Position numbers and translations under genes: made by a program. The notes below the pieces were generated by a model. It was not told where the DNA came from. It ran no database searches and worked only from the letters and a program-made list of their open reading frames with translations. A stretch of 64,000 nt of DNA from Macrostomum lignano (lineage: Eukaryota): the NCBI GenBank assembly GCA_002269645.1, contig NIVC01000846.1, positions 1-64,000 on the forward strand, given 5' to 3'. The number at the start of each line of letters is the position of its first letter. The stretch's first letter is position 1. This document shows, piece after piece, positions 30,831 to 42,530 of the stretch.

Positions 30831-31716
30831 CCCCCAATAGTTTCCAGTCCTTCTACTCCAGTATTCCTTGATCCAGCTATGTACTCATGCAGCTTTCATT
30901 TGAAACTTTTAATGTCTCTCAAATCAATATATGACTTGCTTTTGTCCATAGACTTCTGCGGGGTAAAGACTTCAGTGAACTTTAGCAGCCCCTCCCTCCC
31001 TCTGCTTCACAGTCGCACTTGGTCTCCGCTCTAACAAGCCTCATTCCCACTTACTGTCAGTTATAGCCAGGTGTTTCAAAGACTGCACCTCCTTGATCAG
31101 TGTTCAGACTTCTCTTTTCCTTGTCTTGTTCTCTTACCATCCTCTCCCTTTGTCTTCTTTCACTACCGTTCCCCTTTACCTCTTCGTAGCCATGGGGCAC
31201 CATTGGTTGTATTGGGCCTTGACGACTCCATCAATTTTTAACAGATGCGCGATACATACTACTTACTGTTCAATTGAAAAAGTAGATTGAAATTTTCATT
31301 AGCATTTACCCAGTAAAATGAAATAAGAAACGCGGTGCAACACACTACTCGCAAGCATTCAACAGTCCAACTAACAGACCGAGAAGCATAATTACTAACA
31401 AACGACTCCTTGAAACAACACAAGGTTATGCGAGTTCAATTTTTTATTGTTTTATTTTTGTCAATTTTTATTCGACAAACTAACAGCTGACAAAAGACAA
31501 GAGGGAGGGAACAAGTCCGACGGCTTATTAAATGTCTTGTTCACCATCATCATATCGGGATGCATAAAAATATGGCTTGTCCAGATGGGAATATGCTATT
31601 ATTTATCGATTGCTAACTACTGTTTGAAGTTTAAAACATCGAAGGTGCTACACGGGGTCAGAGTGGAGTTACACACCGCATCCTGTCTCGCCCAGGTTTC
31701 CTTTGCAGTTTGCTGC

Positions 31717-31802
31717 TCAAACCGACTGAAAATAAAATGTTGGTTGGGGGTTAGCTGATTGCACCGCTGCCTTCGCTTGTAAAAACCGGAATTCCCGCAC
31801 AA

Positions 31803-31837
<35 letters not shown>

Positions 31838-31914
31838 GTGTCTGTCTGTCTGTCTGTGTGTCTGTCTGTCTGCCTGTCTGTCTGTCTGTCTGTCTGTCTG
31901 TCTGCCTGCCTGCC

Positions 31915-31957
<43 letters not shown>

Positions 31958-31958
31958 G

Positions 31959-31995
<37 letters not shown>

Positions 31996-33229
31996 ATCCG
32001 TCTGTCTGTCTGTCTGTCTGTCTGCCTGTCTGTCTGCCTGTCTGTCTGTCTGTCTGCATGTCCTAGTGATTGCCTCCTTATCTTTAAATAAAACAAATAT
32101 TGGCAGGAGGGCTGTCGGCACCTGGCACAATGCGCTGACTGCAATTCTGCCCATTGCGCTGATTCCTGAGCACAACACACAAGCGCGCCAATACTGTACA
32201 CAGACACACGCTCACACAGGGAGTACAGGGGCCCTGGTTTTCTTATCGACAGGCAACTCCCTCCGGACCAATTTGTTTTTATCCACACAAGAATCGAACC
32301 AGGGGTGCTAACCCCTATTGCAGCGCATGGCTTAAGTACGCCAGACGCCTACACAACCTGCGCCACGCTGTGAAATGACTTACCTGTGAAAGAAACCCTA
32401 AAGCAAAATTAACCCAAAATTAACGTTTTGGGTAAACGGCAGGAGTATTTATGACTGTCTTATCAAGCCTAAATGCCTCGGCATCTAATTAGTACCGCGC
32501 CGCGCCATACTAATCGCCGCTCCCCGTACTAATCGCCGCGCCGCGCCGTATTAGATCCGCGCCGGACGCCGTCCGCCAAAATGCCCATGCGCTGCAATCA
32601 GGGTGCTAACCCGACCGCTAAAGCCCCGCCCGAGCGCTCACCTGGAAATAGTCCTTGCTCTTGACCGGGTCCGGTTTCATAGTCTTGGCGCCGGGCTTCC
32701 AGTTGGCCGGGCAGACTTCGCCGTGCTTGTCGGTGAACTGGAAGGCCTGCACCAGACGGAGAGTCTCGTCAACGGACCGTCCAACAGGCAGGTCGTTGAT
32801 TGTGATCTGCCTGAGCTGGCCCTTCTCGTTGATGATGAACAGGCCGCGGAAGGCGATGCCCTCGTCGCCTTTGAGCACACCGTAGGCGCGGCTAATCGCG
32901 TGAGACGGATCGGCGAGCAGCGGCATGTTGAGCCGGCCGAGTCCGCCGTCCTTGCGAGCCGTGTTGGTCCAGGCCAGGTGGACAAAGTGAGTGTCGGTGC
33001 TGCAGGCCACCAGTTCGCAGTTAGCCTTGCGAAAGTCTTCGGCCCGATCGCTGAATGCGATGATCTCGGTGGGGCAGACAAAGGTGAAGTCGGCCGGATA
33101 GAAAAACAGCACAACATATTTGCCGCGATAGTTGGCCAGGCTGATGTCGGCGAACGACTGGTCGGGCATGACGGCTTTGCCGGCAAAGTCGGGCGCCTGG
33201 CAGCCTGGCAACAGTTGCTGGGCGGACAT
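31717..33229 (-). CDS. PRDX1/2: Typical 2-Cys peroxiredoxin (AhpC/Prx1 subfamily), about 198 aa; exons 33229-32642 and probable terminal exon 31725-31717 (SV*)
   Basis: [13 protein letters not shown] peroxidatic motif, GGLG motif, [11 protein letters not shown] resolving Cys and C-terminal YF motif. Donor CAG|gtgagc at 32641 and strong acceptor ttttattttcag at 31726. ATG at 33229 directly follows a CAG. The terminal exon is inferred. Confidence 0.93.
31802..32056. repeat. (TCTG)n microsatellite in the peroxiredoxin intron
   Basis: Direct reading. Confidence 0.95.
32303..32612. mobile_element. About 290-bp inverted-repeat element in the peroxiredoxin intron
   Basis: 14-bp inverted repeat ATTGCAGCGCATGG (32317-32330) / CCATGCGCTGCAAT (32585-32598), flanked by the 12-bp direct repeat GGGTGCTAACCC (32303-32314, 32601-32612). 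Confidence 0.6.
32430..32493 (+). pseudogene. Diverged 28S rRNA fragment (helices 69-71, R2/I-PpoI target region); not a functional rRNA gene
   Basis: GGGTAAACGGCaGGAGTAttTATGACTgTCTTAtcaAGCCtAAATGCCTCGgCATCTAATTAGT versus the conserved eukaryotic GGGTAAACGGCGGGAGTAACTATGACTCTCTTAAGGTAGCCAAATGCCTCGTCATCTAATTAGT: about 55 of 64 positions match in a manual alignment to the recalled consensus. Confidence 0.85.
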
Positions 33230-33364
33230 CTGGTCGGGCTTGTTAGCTAGCTGGGATGGATGGGGCGGGTTGTACATCAGATTAGTATTGACGGACTTAT
33301 TCATTCAAAGTTTACTGGATTTCCACTTGGTAACTGCGGCGGCTGTTAAGTCTGGCAGTTTGGG

Positions 33365-34258
33365 AGGGGCGATTCTTAAGCTGCGTGACAGTTTGGAGGC
33401 GATTATTAAGCTGTGTGACAGTTTGGAGGCGATTCTCAAGCTGTGTGACAGTTTGGAGGCGATTCTCAAGCTGTGTGACAGTTTGGAGGCGATTCTTAAG
33501 CTGTGTGACAGTTTGGATGCGATTCTCAAGCTGTGTGACAGTTTGGAGGCGATTCTTAAGCTGTGTGACAGTTTGGAGGCGATTCTCAAGCTGTGTGACA
33601 GTTTGGAGGCGATTCTTAAGCTGTGTGACAGTTTGGAGGCGATTCTTAGGCTGTGTGACAGTTTGGAGGCGATTCTTAAGCTGTGTAACAGTTTGGAGGC
33701 GATTCTTAGGCTGTGTGACAGTTTGGAGGCGATTCTTAAGCTGTGTGACAGTTTGGAGGCGATTCTTAAGCTGTGTGACAGTTTGGATGCGATTCTCAAG
33801 CTGTGTGACAGTTTGGAGGCGATTCTCAAACTGTGTGACAGTTTGGAGGCGATTCTCAAGCTGTGTGACAGTTTGGAGGCGATTCTCAAGCTGTGTGACA
33901 GTTTGGAGGCGATTCTCAAGCTGTGTGACAGTTTGGAGGCGATTCTTAAGCTGTGTGACAGTTTGGAGGCGATTCTTAAGCTGTGTGACAGTTTGGAGGC
34001 GATTATTAAGCTGTGTGACAGTTTGGAGGCGATTCTTAAGCTGTGTGACAGTTTGGAGGCGATTCTTAAGCTGTGTGACAGTTTGGAGGCGATTCTTAAG
34101 CTGTGTGACAGTTTGGAGGCGATTCTCAAGCTGTGTGACAGTTTGGAGGCGATTCTTAAGCTGTGTGACAGTTTGGAGGCGATTCTTAGGCTGTGTGACA
34201 GTTTGGAGGCGATTCTTAAGCTGTGTGACAGTTTGGAGGCGATTCTCAAGCTGTGTGC
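33365..34258. repeat. 30-bp tandem repeat, about 30 copies (CTGTGTGACAGTTTGGAGGCGATTCTTAAG)
   Basis: Direct reading. Confidence 0.95.
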
Positions 34259-35374
34259 GGTTTGGTGTCGCCTCATATACAGCAGTTAATAGTAAGTAAG
34301 AAACTTTCCCAAAGCAACAATGCGATAGCTTTATGTTGGCGCCAAAAAGTACTTTTAAAAAAAGGAGTTTCAGCACGAGAGTGGAGCACGCAAAGCCTGG
34401 TAGGGGGATTTAGCAACAGTACACTCTATAAAAAATATTATTCAACACTGCAGAACGTGCCCGTCATCCAGCTTCGGGTCGAGGGCAATGGCAATAGGCC
34501 TGGGATGGGATTAAAAAGAGCAACGCCAAAAGATGATTGTCAATCCGGCCTATGGGAGATAACACTGGAACTAAAAAAATGCCTAAATATCCCCCCATCC
34601 CCCTGCAAACAGGGACTAGGCAGGTATCGTTACACTGGCTAGATGTTAATTTCGAAGCTAGACGATCCTTCCTATCCTTCATGGTACACGTATAGAATGT
34701 TGTAAATCCGATTTGGCCATCTGCTACATCCATGTTCAGTGCACACACACGTATATATACAGCATATAGTGCTGGCGAAACCCTCTAACGAATCGGACCC
34801 GTCAAGGACAACTTTTGCGTAGATATCTGGATCGGAAACAGTCCGCACACCAACAAAGGACCGAACTTGACAGAATTGATTCAAGAGATTTTTCTGCACA
34901 GCGGGTCTCCAGTCCAGGTAATAGCCAGAGGTAGGTCCATGGACCAAACTTTCTACAAGGTTCCTTTGCTTTACTAATTAACTGGATGGATGATGAAGGT
35001 AAGAGGTAAAAAATGCTTGGGGGAGAAATCGAGGGACAAAAAAGAGCCGGGAGCAGCAAGGGATTAAGCAGGGTGAGTAGGCCGGATTTTAATTTAAGTT
35101 TCGCAGCGAACTCAGACCTGGGCCTAGCTGGCTTAACCGCCCCCCCTCGCCATCAGGCAGGATTAAGATAAGCAGAGTAGTGAGTCGGAGCGGGAGAACA
35201 GAAAAAGTAAAAGCAGAAGAACAACTAGAGCGAGCTCAAATACAAGACATGAAATTCATATGCTTTCGAAAGAAAACATTCGAGTTGCATATACTGAGCT
35301 TGATTTATTTATTTCAGTAAATTTATATTTCCACTTTTATTTAAAATTTGGTTTATGAGACATTCTAATATGAG

Positions 35375-36445
35375 AGATTCTGAGGGTGGTTTATGGGAGA
35401 TTCTGAGGGTTGTTTATGGGAGATTCTGAGGGTTGTTTATGGGAGATTCTGAGGGTAGTTTATGGGAGATTCTGAGGGTAGTTTATGGGAGATTCTGAGG
35501 GTTGTTTATGGGAGATTCTGAGGGTTGTTTATGGGAGATTCTGAGGGTTGTTTATGGGAGATTCTGAGGGTTGTTTATGGGAGATTCTGAGGGTTGTTTA
35601 TGGGAGATTCTGAGGGTTGTTTATGGGAGATTCTGAGGGTTGTTTATGGGAGATTCTGAGGGTTGTTTATGGGAGATTCTGAGGGTGGTTTATGAGAGAT
35701 TCTGAGGGTTGTTTATGGTAGATTCTGAGGGTTGTTTATGGGAGATTCTGAGGGTGGTTTATGAGAGATTCTGAGGGTGGTTTATGGGAAATTCTGAGGG
35801 TGGTTTATGAGAGATTCTGAGGGTTGTTTATGAGAGATTCTGAGAGTGGTTTATGGGAGATTCTGAGGGTTGTTTATGGGAGATTCTGAGGGTAGTTTAT
35901 GGGAGATTCTGAGGGTTGTTTATGGGAGATTCTGAGGGTTGTTTATGGGAGATTCTGAGGGTTGTTTATGGGAGATTCTGAGGGTTGTTTATGGGAGATT
36001 CTGAGGGTTGTTTATGGGAGATTCTGAGGGTTGTTTATGGGAGATTCTGAGGGTTGTTTATGGGAAATTCTGAGGGTGGTTTATGAGAGATTTTGAGGGT
36101 GGTTTATGTGAGATTTTGAGGGTGGTTTATGGGACATTCTGAGGGTGGTTTTTGGAGGTTCTGAGAGTGGTTTACGGGAGATTCTGAGGGAGGTTTATGA
36201 GAGATTCTGAGGGAGGTTTATGAGAGATTCTGAGGGTGGTTTATGGGACATTTTGAGGGTGGTTTATGGGAGATTTCGAGAGCGGTTTATGGGACATTTT
36301 GAGGGTGGTTTATGGGAGATACTGAGGGTGTTTTTTGAAGGTTCTGAGAGTGGTTTATGTAAGATTCTGAGTGGTTTACGGGAAATTCTGAGAGTGGTTT
36401 ATGTCAGATTCTGAGTGGTTTACGGGAGATTCTGAGGGTGGTTTA
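35375..36445. repeat. 23-bp minisatellite (CTGAGGGTTGTTTATGGGAGATT)
   Basis: Direct reading. Confidence 0.93.
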
Positions 36446-37064
36446 TGTAAGATCCTAACACTCGCGAGTCTGTGACTGTAGAAGTCTGAAAGCAAACAGA
36501 ATGCGGGCAGAATGAGAAAGAACACAGAATCCCTTTGATGACACAGTAATCGCTTACAGCAGTGAGTGCTGCACTTGACCAAAGTTTTCAGCCAACTCTC
36601 GACGACTTTGCAAACTTAGCGTCAGTAAGGGAGAATGATAATAGTAATATAAAGTTTTGCGCTTAATTGGACAGCAAAGATTTGAGAAGCCGAATTGGAG
36701 CAAAGCAGAGAAAGTGAAGCTACAGAAGGCAAGCATTGAGCTTGAGTTAAGGCTAAGCTTAGTGAAGCACTTAACTAACATAGAACTAATGATCTCCTAC
36801 CCCGATACATAAACTAACCATCAACGTCCAGTGGGAGACCTTGTACTTTCCCTGTCACTTTATTCACTGAAGCTTCCTTGACTGCATGCTTAGGACTGCA
36901 GGGCCCTCTCTTCCCCACTCTCTTCTCTCTCACATGCACACACGCGAAAGCCAATCCCGAAGATCACTTTAACAACTGTGAAGACTGGAACAGAAAAGGT
37001 TGGCAAACTTTTTTAACATAAGGGCTAGATATTGAAGCTAGCTCATGACTGCGGACCAGAGCGA

Positions 37065-38310
37065 GGAGATGCGAGATGAGACAGGAATTGGGAGATGAGG
37101 GGAGACAAGGGAGAGAGGGGAGACAAAGAGAGAGGAGAGGAGATGCGAGATGTGAGAAGAAAGGGGAGATGAGGGGAGATAAGGGAGAGAGGGGAGACAA
37201 AGAGAGAGGAGAGGAGATGCGAGATGAGACAGGAAATGGGAGATGAGGGGAGACAAGGGAGAGAGGGGAGACAAAGGGAGAGGAGAGGAGATGCGAGATG
37301 AGACAGGAAATGGGAGATGAGGGGAGACAAGGGAGAGAGGGGAGACAAAGGGAGAGGAGAGGAGATGCGAGATGAGACAGGAAATGGGAGATGAGGGGAG
37401 ACAAGGGAGAGAGGGGAGACAAAGGGAGAGGAGAGGAGATGTGAGATGAGAGAGGAAAGGGGAGATGAGGGGAGACAAGGGAGAGAGGGGAGACAAAGAG
37501 AGAGGAGAGGAGATGCGAGATGTGAGAGGAAAGGGGAGATGAGGGGAGACAAGGGAGAGAGGGGAGACAAAGAGAGAGGAGAGGAGATGCGAGATGAGAC
37601 AGGAAATGGGAGATGAGGGGAGACAAGGGAGAGAGGGGAGACAAAGGGAGAGGAGAGGAGATGCGAGATGAGACAGGAAATGGGAGATGAGGGGAGACAA
37701 GGGAGAGAGGGGAGACAAAGGGAGAGGAGAGGAGATGTGAGATGAGAGAGGAAAGGGGAGATGAGGGGAGACAAGGGAGAGAGGGGAGACAAAGGGAGAG
37801 GAGAGGAGATGCGAGATGAGAGAGGAAAGGGGAGATGAGGGGAGATAAGGGAGAGAGGGGAGACAAAGAGAGAGGAGAGGAGATGCGAGATGAGACAGGA
37901 AATGGGAGATGAGGGGAGACAAGGGAGAGAGGGGAGACAAAGAGAGAGGAGAGATAAGGGAGAACAGAGAACAGAGGGAGAGGAGAGGAGATGTGAGATG
38001 AGAGAGGAAAGGGGAGATGAGGGGAGACAAGGGAGAGAGGGGAGACAAAGAGAGAGGAGAGATAAGGGAGAACAGAGAACAGAGGGAGAGGAGAGGAGAT
38101 GTGAGATGAGAGAGGAAAGGGGAGATGAGGGGAGACAAGGGAGAGAGGGGAGACAAAGAGAGAGGAGAGGAGATGCGAGATGAGAGAGGAAAGGGGAAAT
38201 GAGGGGAGACAAGGGAGAGGGGAGATGAGGGGAGATAAGGGAGAGAGGGGAGATGAGGGGAGAGAGGAGGGGAGGTATATGAAATGAGAGGAGAGGAGAA
38301 AAAATGAGAG
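37065..38310. repeat. About 74-bp GA-rich tandem repeat
   Basis: ATGCGAGATG recurs at 37291 and 37365. Confidence 0.88.
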
Positions 38311-39237
38311 CTGAGAAGAGACACAAATCTTAAGCGGATCGAGTTTCGAAGGACCAGATAGAGAGGCTTTGCAGACCGGAGTTGCCCCCCCCCTGGCCCT
38401 GCTATAGATGTGGCGCCAAAATGAGCAGCTTAATTCTTAATTATTACGAGCGCAATTACCAGCTGCATTTTTGTTGAATTCTTTATGCTATATATTATTT
38501 ATTATACATATTTACACACACACACAAACAACAAAAAACTATTATTAACCAACGCCGGGAAGCCATAGCTACTATAAGAGAGGGAAGGAATGAATAATAG
38601 GCAAGGCAAGGCATGTATATATAGAAACTGTATTATCATCCAGGTTATAGTATAGTAAATAAACATACGAGGAAAATGCCGGGCGGAGGGGAGGGGGGTT
38701 GGAAGAATAGGGGAACGGAAGGCGACTGAAAAGGCGGCGCGAGGTTCTGGAAGAGCCAAAGGAGCGAGGGGGGGGATAGAAATGGATCGAAAGAGTGCAG
38801 AAGGGAGTTAAGATGCAGGGCGAAAGCGGCTTCATCTGCCAGGGCAGGAGCACACGCCAACCACCCCAAGACTGCTCACTAATCGGGGGCGGCTGGACAC
38901 TGACTGAGCTGAGACTTGCCTGATTCAATTAGCACAGCAGGCAAAGGAAAGGCACAGCGGCTCCTGAGAATCTAAAGATCCTATTTGGCATGATAGAGAC
39001 GAGATATGCACTCGTTGAGGGAAGGGTAGGGATACGGCAATTGGCCATCTGAGGCTAGCAGCAGCAGCAGCAGCAACAGCAGTCTTTATGGGTGCCAAGT
39101 CTATTCTCTTGCGTTAGTGCCATCCTTAATTAATCAGTGGATATACCGTGCTCCAAGATGCTGAAATACACCTGAAAATTTATCACCAAATCAGTGACCC
39201 GAAAGCATAACAGATTGGTGGGATAAAGAATAAAACA

Positions 39238-39515
39238 CAGCTCAGTCAGTGAATCCAGAATTCACACAGTGGCGTGAACAGCTCAGTCAGTGAATCCAGT
39301 ATTCACACAGTGGCGTGAATAGCTCAGTCAGTGGATCCAGAATTCACACAGTGGCGTGAACAGCTCAGTCAGTGAATCCAGAATTCACACAGTGGCGTGA
39401 ATAGCTCAGTCAGTGGATCCAGAATTCACACAGTGGCGTGAACAGCTCAGTCAGTGGATCCAGAATTCCCACAGTGGCGTGAACAGCTCAGTCAGTGAAT
39501 CCAGAATTCAGTGGC
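39238..39515. repeat. 41-bp tandem repeat (CAGCTCAGTCAGTGAATCCAGAATTCACACAGTGGCGTGAA)
   Basis: Direct reading, about 6.5 copies. Confidence 0.92.
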
Positions 39516-39541
39516 GCGAGTCCCGCATCTTGGGCCTCACC

Positions 39542-39969
39542 GACACCAGCTGCAGCTGCTGCGCAAAGCCCCGAAGAAGCCGGTCAAGAAGGCGCTGGCC
39601 GCCGTCAGCAGCGAGCTCCGCGGCACCGCAGTTCTCGGTCAGCAGCTCACCGATATCGTCATCCCCGTCGGCCTCGTCATCCTGCTGCTGCATGACCGGA
39701 CAAGAGCGAGCTACCGGACAGGGGATAACCATCGAGCACTCGGGATGCTCAAGCAGGCTGACGGGATGCAGATGGCCAACACCTGACACCGTCGACGACG
39801 TGGACGCAGCAGCAGCCGCCGCCGCCGCCGCCGCCGCCATGTCGGGAGGCACAGGCGACGGCGGCGGCCGGCGATGACTTGGCGGACTGCGGACAGTCGG
39901 CGAAAATGAGACGTGCCGTTCGGAGCTCGAGTCGCGAGAGTCCTGCTTGATGATTGGCCGGCAGCTCAT
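39542..39969 (-). CDS. Probable exon of an unidentified gene (poly-Ala, acidic patch, helical LLDRLLRGF segment)
   Basis: GC-rich ORF with the codon style of the other exons here, ending at a TCG|gtgagg donor at about 39541. Possible further exons near 36550-36610 and 34700-34963 could not be linked confidently. Confidence 0.5.
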
Positions 39970-41809
39970 GACTGCAGGTTTGCCTGTTCTACTAAGCCTT
40001 TTAGCCGACGCAGTACAGCTTTGAGGTAGGTCGCTCTAACAGCGAGGCGATGCGAGTTCACTCGCTATATTCTCTTTCCAGCCAAGGAAATCTCCCTTCG
40101 TCCTCCCGTCTCGCTCTTTTTTTCCTCTATACAGCTGGCCAATGGCATCGGCGCATCCACGTCGAGGTCAATTTGGTAGGCCATTTGTTTACATGCTTCT
40201 AGCACAAGTTCTATTTCAATAAAATATTTATAAGGTTTGCGCTGCTCTACTTTAAGTAGGAAAGCAAGAAAAAAAGATTATTCTTGATATGCAAGTCCTC
40301 ACTTTCCGTCCTAAACTAACTTGACAAGTATTCGTTTATATTGTATATCAAATCCACCACCCCTCTGTTCATATTATTTGCACATGAGCGCCGAGCGAGA
40401 GAGTGAATTGTGGGACAACTGGTGGTGAAATAAGCCTGCCCGTCGAGGCACAAGAAAGAAAGCCGGAAATTCAGAAACAGATTTGCTTATTTAGAGTTAC
40501 TTTGGTAGTATGAACTGACTAAGCAGTCAAGAGTATAAACTGAAAATGTGTGAAAAATATTAAGATTCGTAAATCATGATGCTTTGGGATCTGTTGGGTG
40601 CTCGTTTCCCAATAAATAACCCAAATACTGAAATAATCGCCGAGCCTAATAAATATTACAACCAACTAAAAAAGCTAGATTCTCTCTTTACGCTTCAACG
40701 AGATAAAGGAGAGATAAGCAAAAGAAAAAGACAGTAAACTACTAGAAGCTAATAAAAGTAGCCTTTGTCCTAGTAAAGTATTAAATGAATGTTTCAATGA
40801 CCTTCACTGTTACTGTTAGCAGGAACGATGATTAATATCAGCTAGAAAAATTTATAATTGAAAAAATCAAACGATAACCACAAAAAACAGTTAATAGAAG
40901 AATCAACAATGCTTACCGATTGAAAGAGTTTAGAAAATAAAAAGATTTGAGACAAGTCAGGTCTCTAGACTTCAAGTAGAGTGCAGGGAAGAAAGAAAGG
41001 CCACAAAGGAGAGCTAGAGAGACTTGTTCAATTTAGCTAATTTATATAATTACACTGGCTTCGTGTACAATGGATCAATGTACGGCGGAAAAACTCCTAA
41101 CCCCCCCCCCCCAGACTGAGTGGGGCAGTGTGTGTGTGGTGGAATTTCACCCAATAAAACCGAAGGAGCGAGTGGGGAGTGGGGACGCGAGGGCTTCAGC
41201 GGCGGGCCAGTAAAAGCTGAGCTAAAGCGGGGGGGGGGGTTATTATAAACATCTCGGGGTCTTCCAGTTGAACTCTTACCGCAAGCCCCGTACCCCTCTG
41301 ACCATTCCAGACTTGCAATGTACTTATGTGCAGGATGATTACAATATACAGTGGACACGCACTCGCACACGACACCTAGGGAGGCTCGACTGTTGGCTCA
41401 TTAATTAAGTTCCATTCAGTTTAGTTGATATTGAAAAGTTATTATATATTTTTTCTAGAAACTTCTCCTTGACTAAACAATATACTTTACAAAAATTGGA
41501 ATTTAAATAAACGGGCCTAAACTTTTATCTCAATAATAATTAAATTATATAGTTGAAAAATATATTTGTTGAAAACAATGGAATTACAAAACAGCCTGTC
41601 TGAGCTTGTTTCATATAGCCCCGTTCCCCTGTAAACCAAACACAGGCACTATACGAGCGTAAAGGTAATTCAAAGGGTATAAAATAGTTTTGGCCATACA
41701 TGTAATACTTTGGGCTTGTAAAAAACCCACTCTCCTCTAAAAAATCATAAAAAATAATACGAGCGTTTTTCAAAAAAGGCTGCTTGACTACTTTAAGTAG
41801 TGAATCGCT

Positions 41810-42530
41810 AAGATATCATCTGGAGCGCTAAGATTTCATCTGGGGCACTAATATCTCATCTGGAGCGCTAAGATCTCATGTACGACGCTAAGATCTCATC
41901 TGGGGCGCTAAGATCTCATCTGGAGCGCTAAGATCTCATCTGGAGCGCTAAGATCTCATCTGGAGCGCTAAGATCTCATCTGGAGCGCTAAGATCTCATC
42001 TGGTGCGCTAAGATCTCATCTGGGGCGCTAAGATCTCATCTGGAGCGCTAAGATCTCATCTGGTGCGCTAAGATCTCATCTGGGGCGCTAAGATCTCATC
42101 TGGAGCGCTAAGATCTCATCTGGAGCGCTAAGATCTCATCTGGGGCGCTAAGATCTCATTTGGGGCTCTAAGATCTCATCTGGGGCGCTAAGATCTCATC
42201 TGGGGCGCTAAGATCTTATCTGAGCGCTAAGATCTCATTTGGGGCTCTAAGATCTCAACTGGGGCACTAAGATCTCATCTGGGGCGCTAAGATCTCATCT
42301 GGAGCACTAAGATCTCATCTGGGGCGCTAAGATCTCATCTGGGGCGCTAAGATCTTATCTGAGCGCTAAGATCTCATTTGGGGCTCTAAGATCTCATCTG
42401 GGGCGCTAAGATCTTATCTGAGCGCTAAGATCTCATTTGGGGCTCTAAGATCTCAACTGGGGCACTAAGATCTCATCTGGGGCGCTAAGATCTCATCTGG
42501 GGCGCTAAGATCTCATCTGGGGCGCTAAGA
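41810..42530. repeat. 20-bp minisatellite (GGAGCGCTAAGATCTCATCT)
   Basis: Direct reading. Confidence 0.95.

Noticed and set aside
32375-32400. ACTTACCTG resembling the U1 snRNA 5' end, or a micro-exon on the minus strand
   Set aside because: No U1 stem-loops or Sm site follow. Including the 14-nt micro-exon would replace the normal peroxiredoxin C-terminus.
33132-34376. 300-385 aa repeat ORFs (LCDSLEAILK etc.) that look like solenoid or coiled-coil proteins
   Set aside because: A 30-bp tandem repeat open in several frames on both strands; no evidence of coding.
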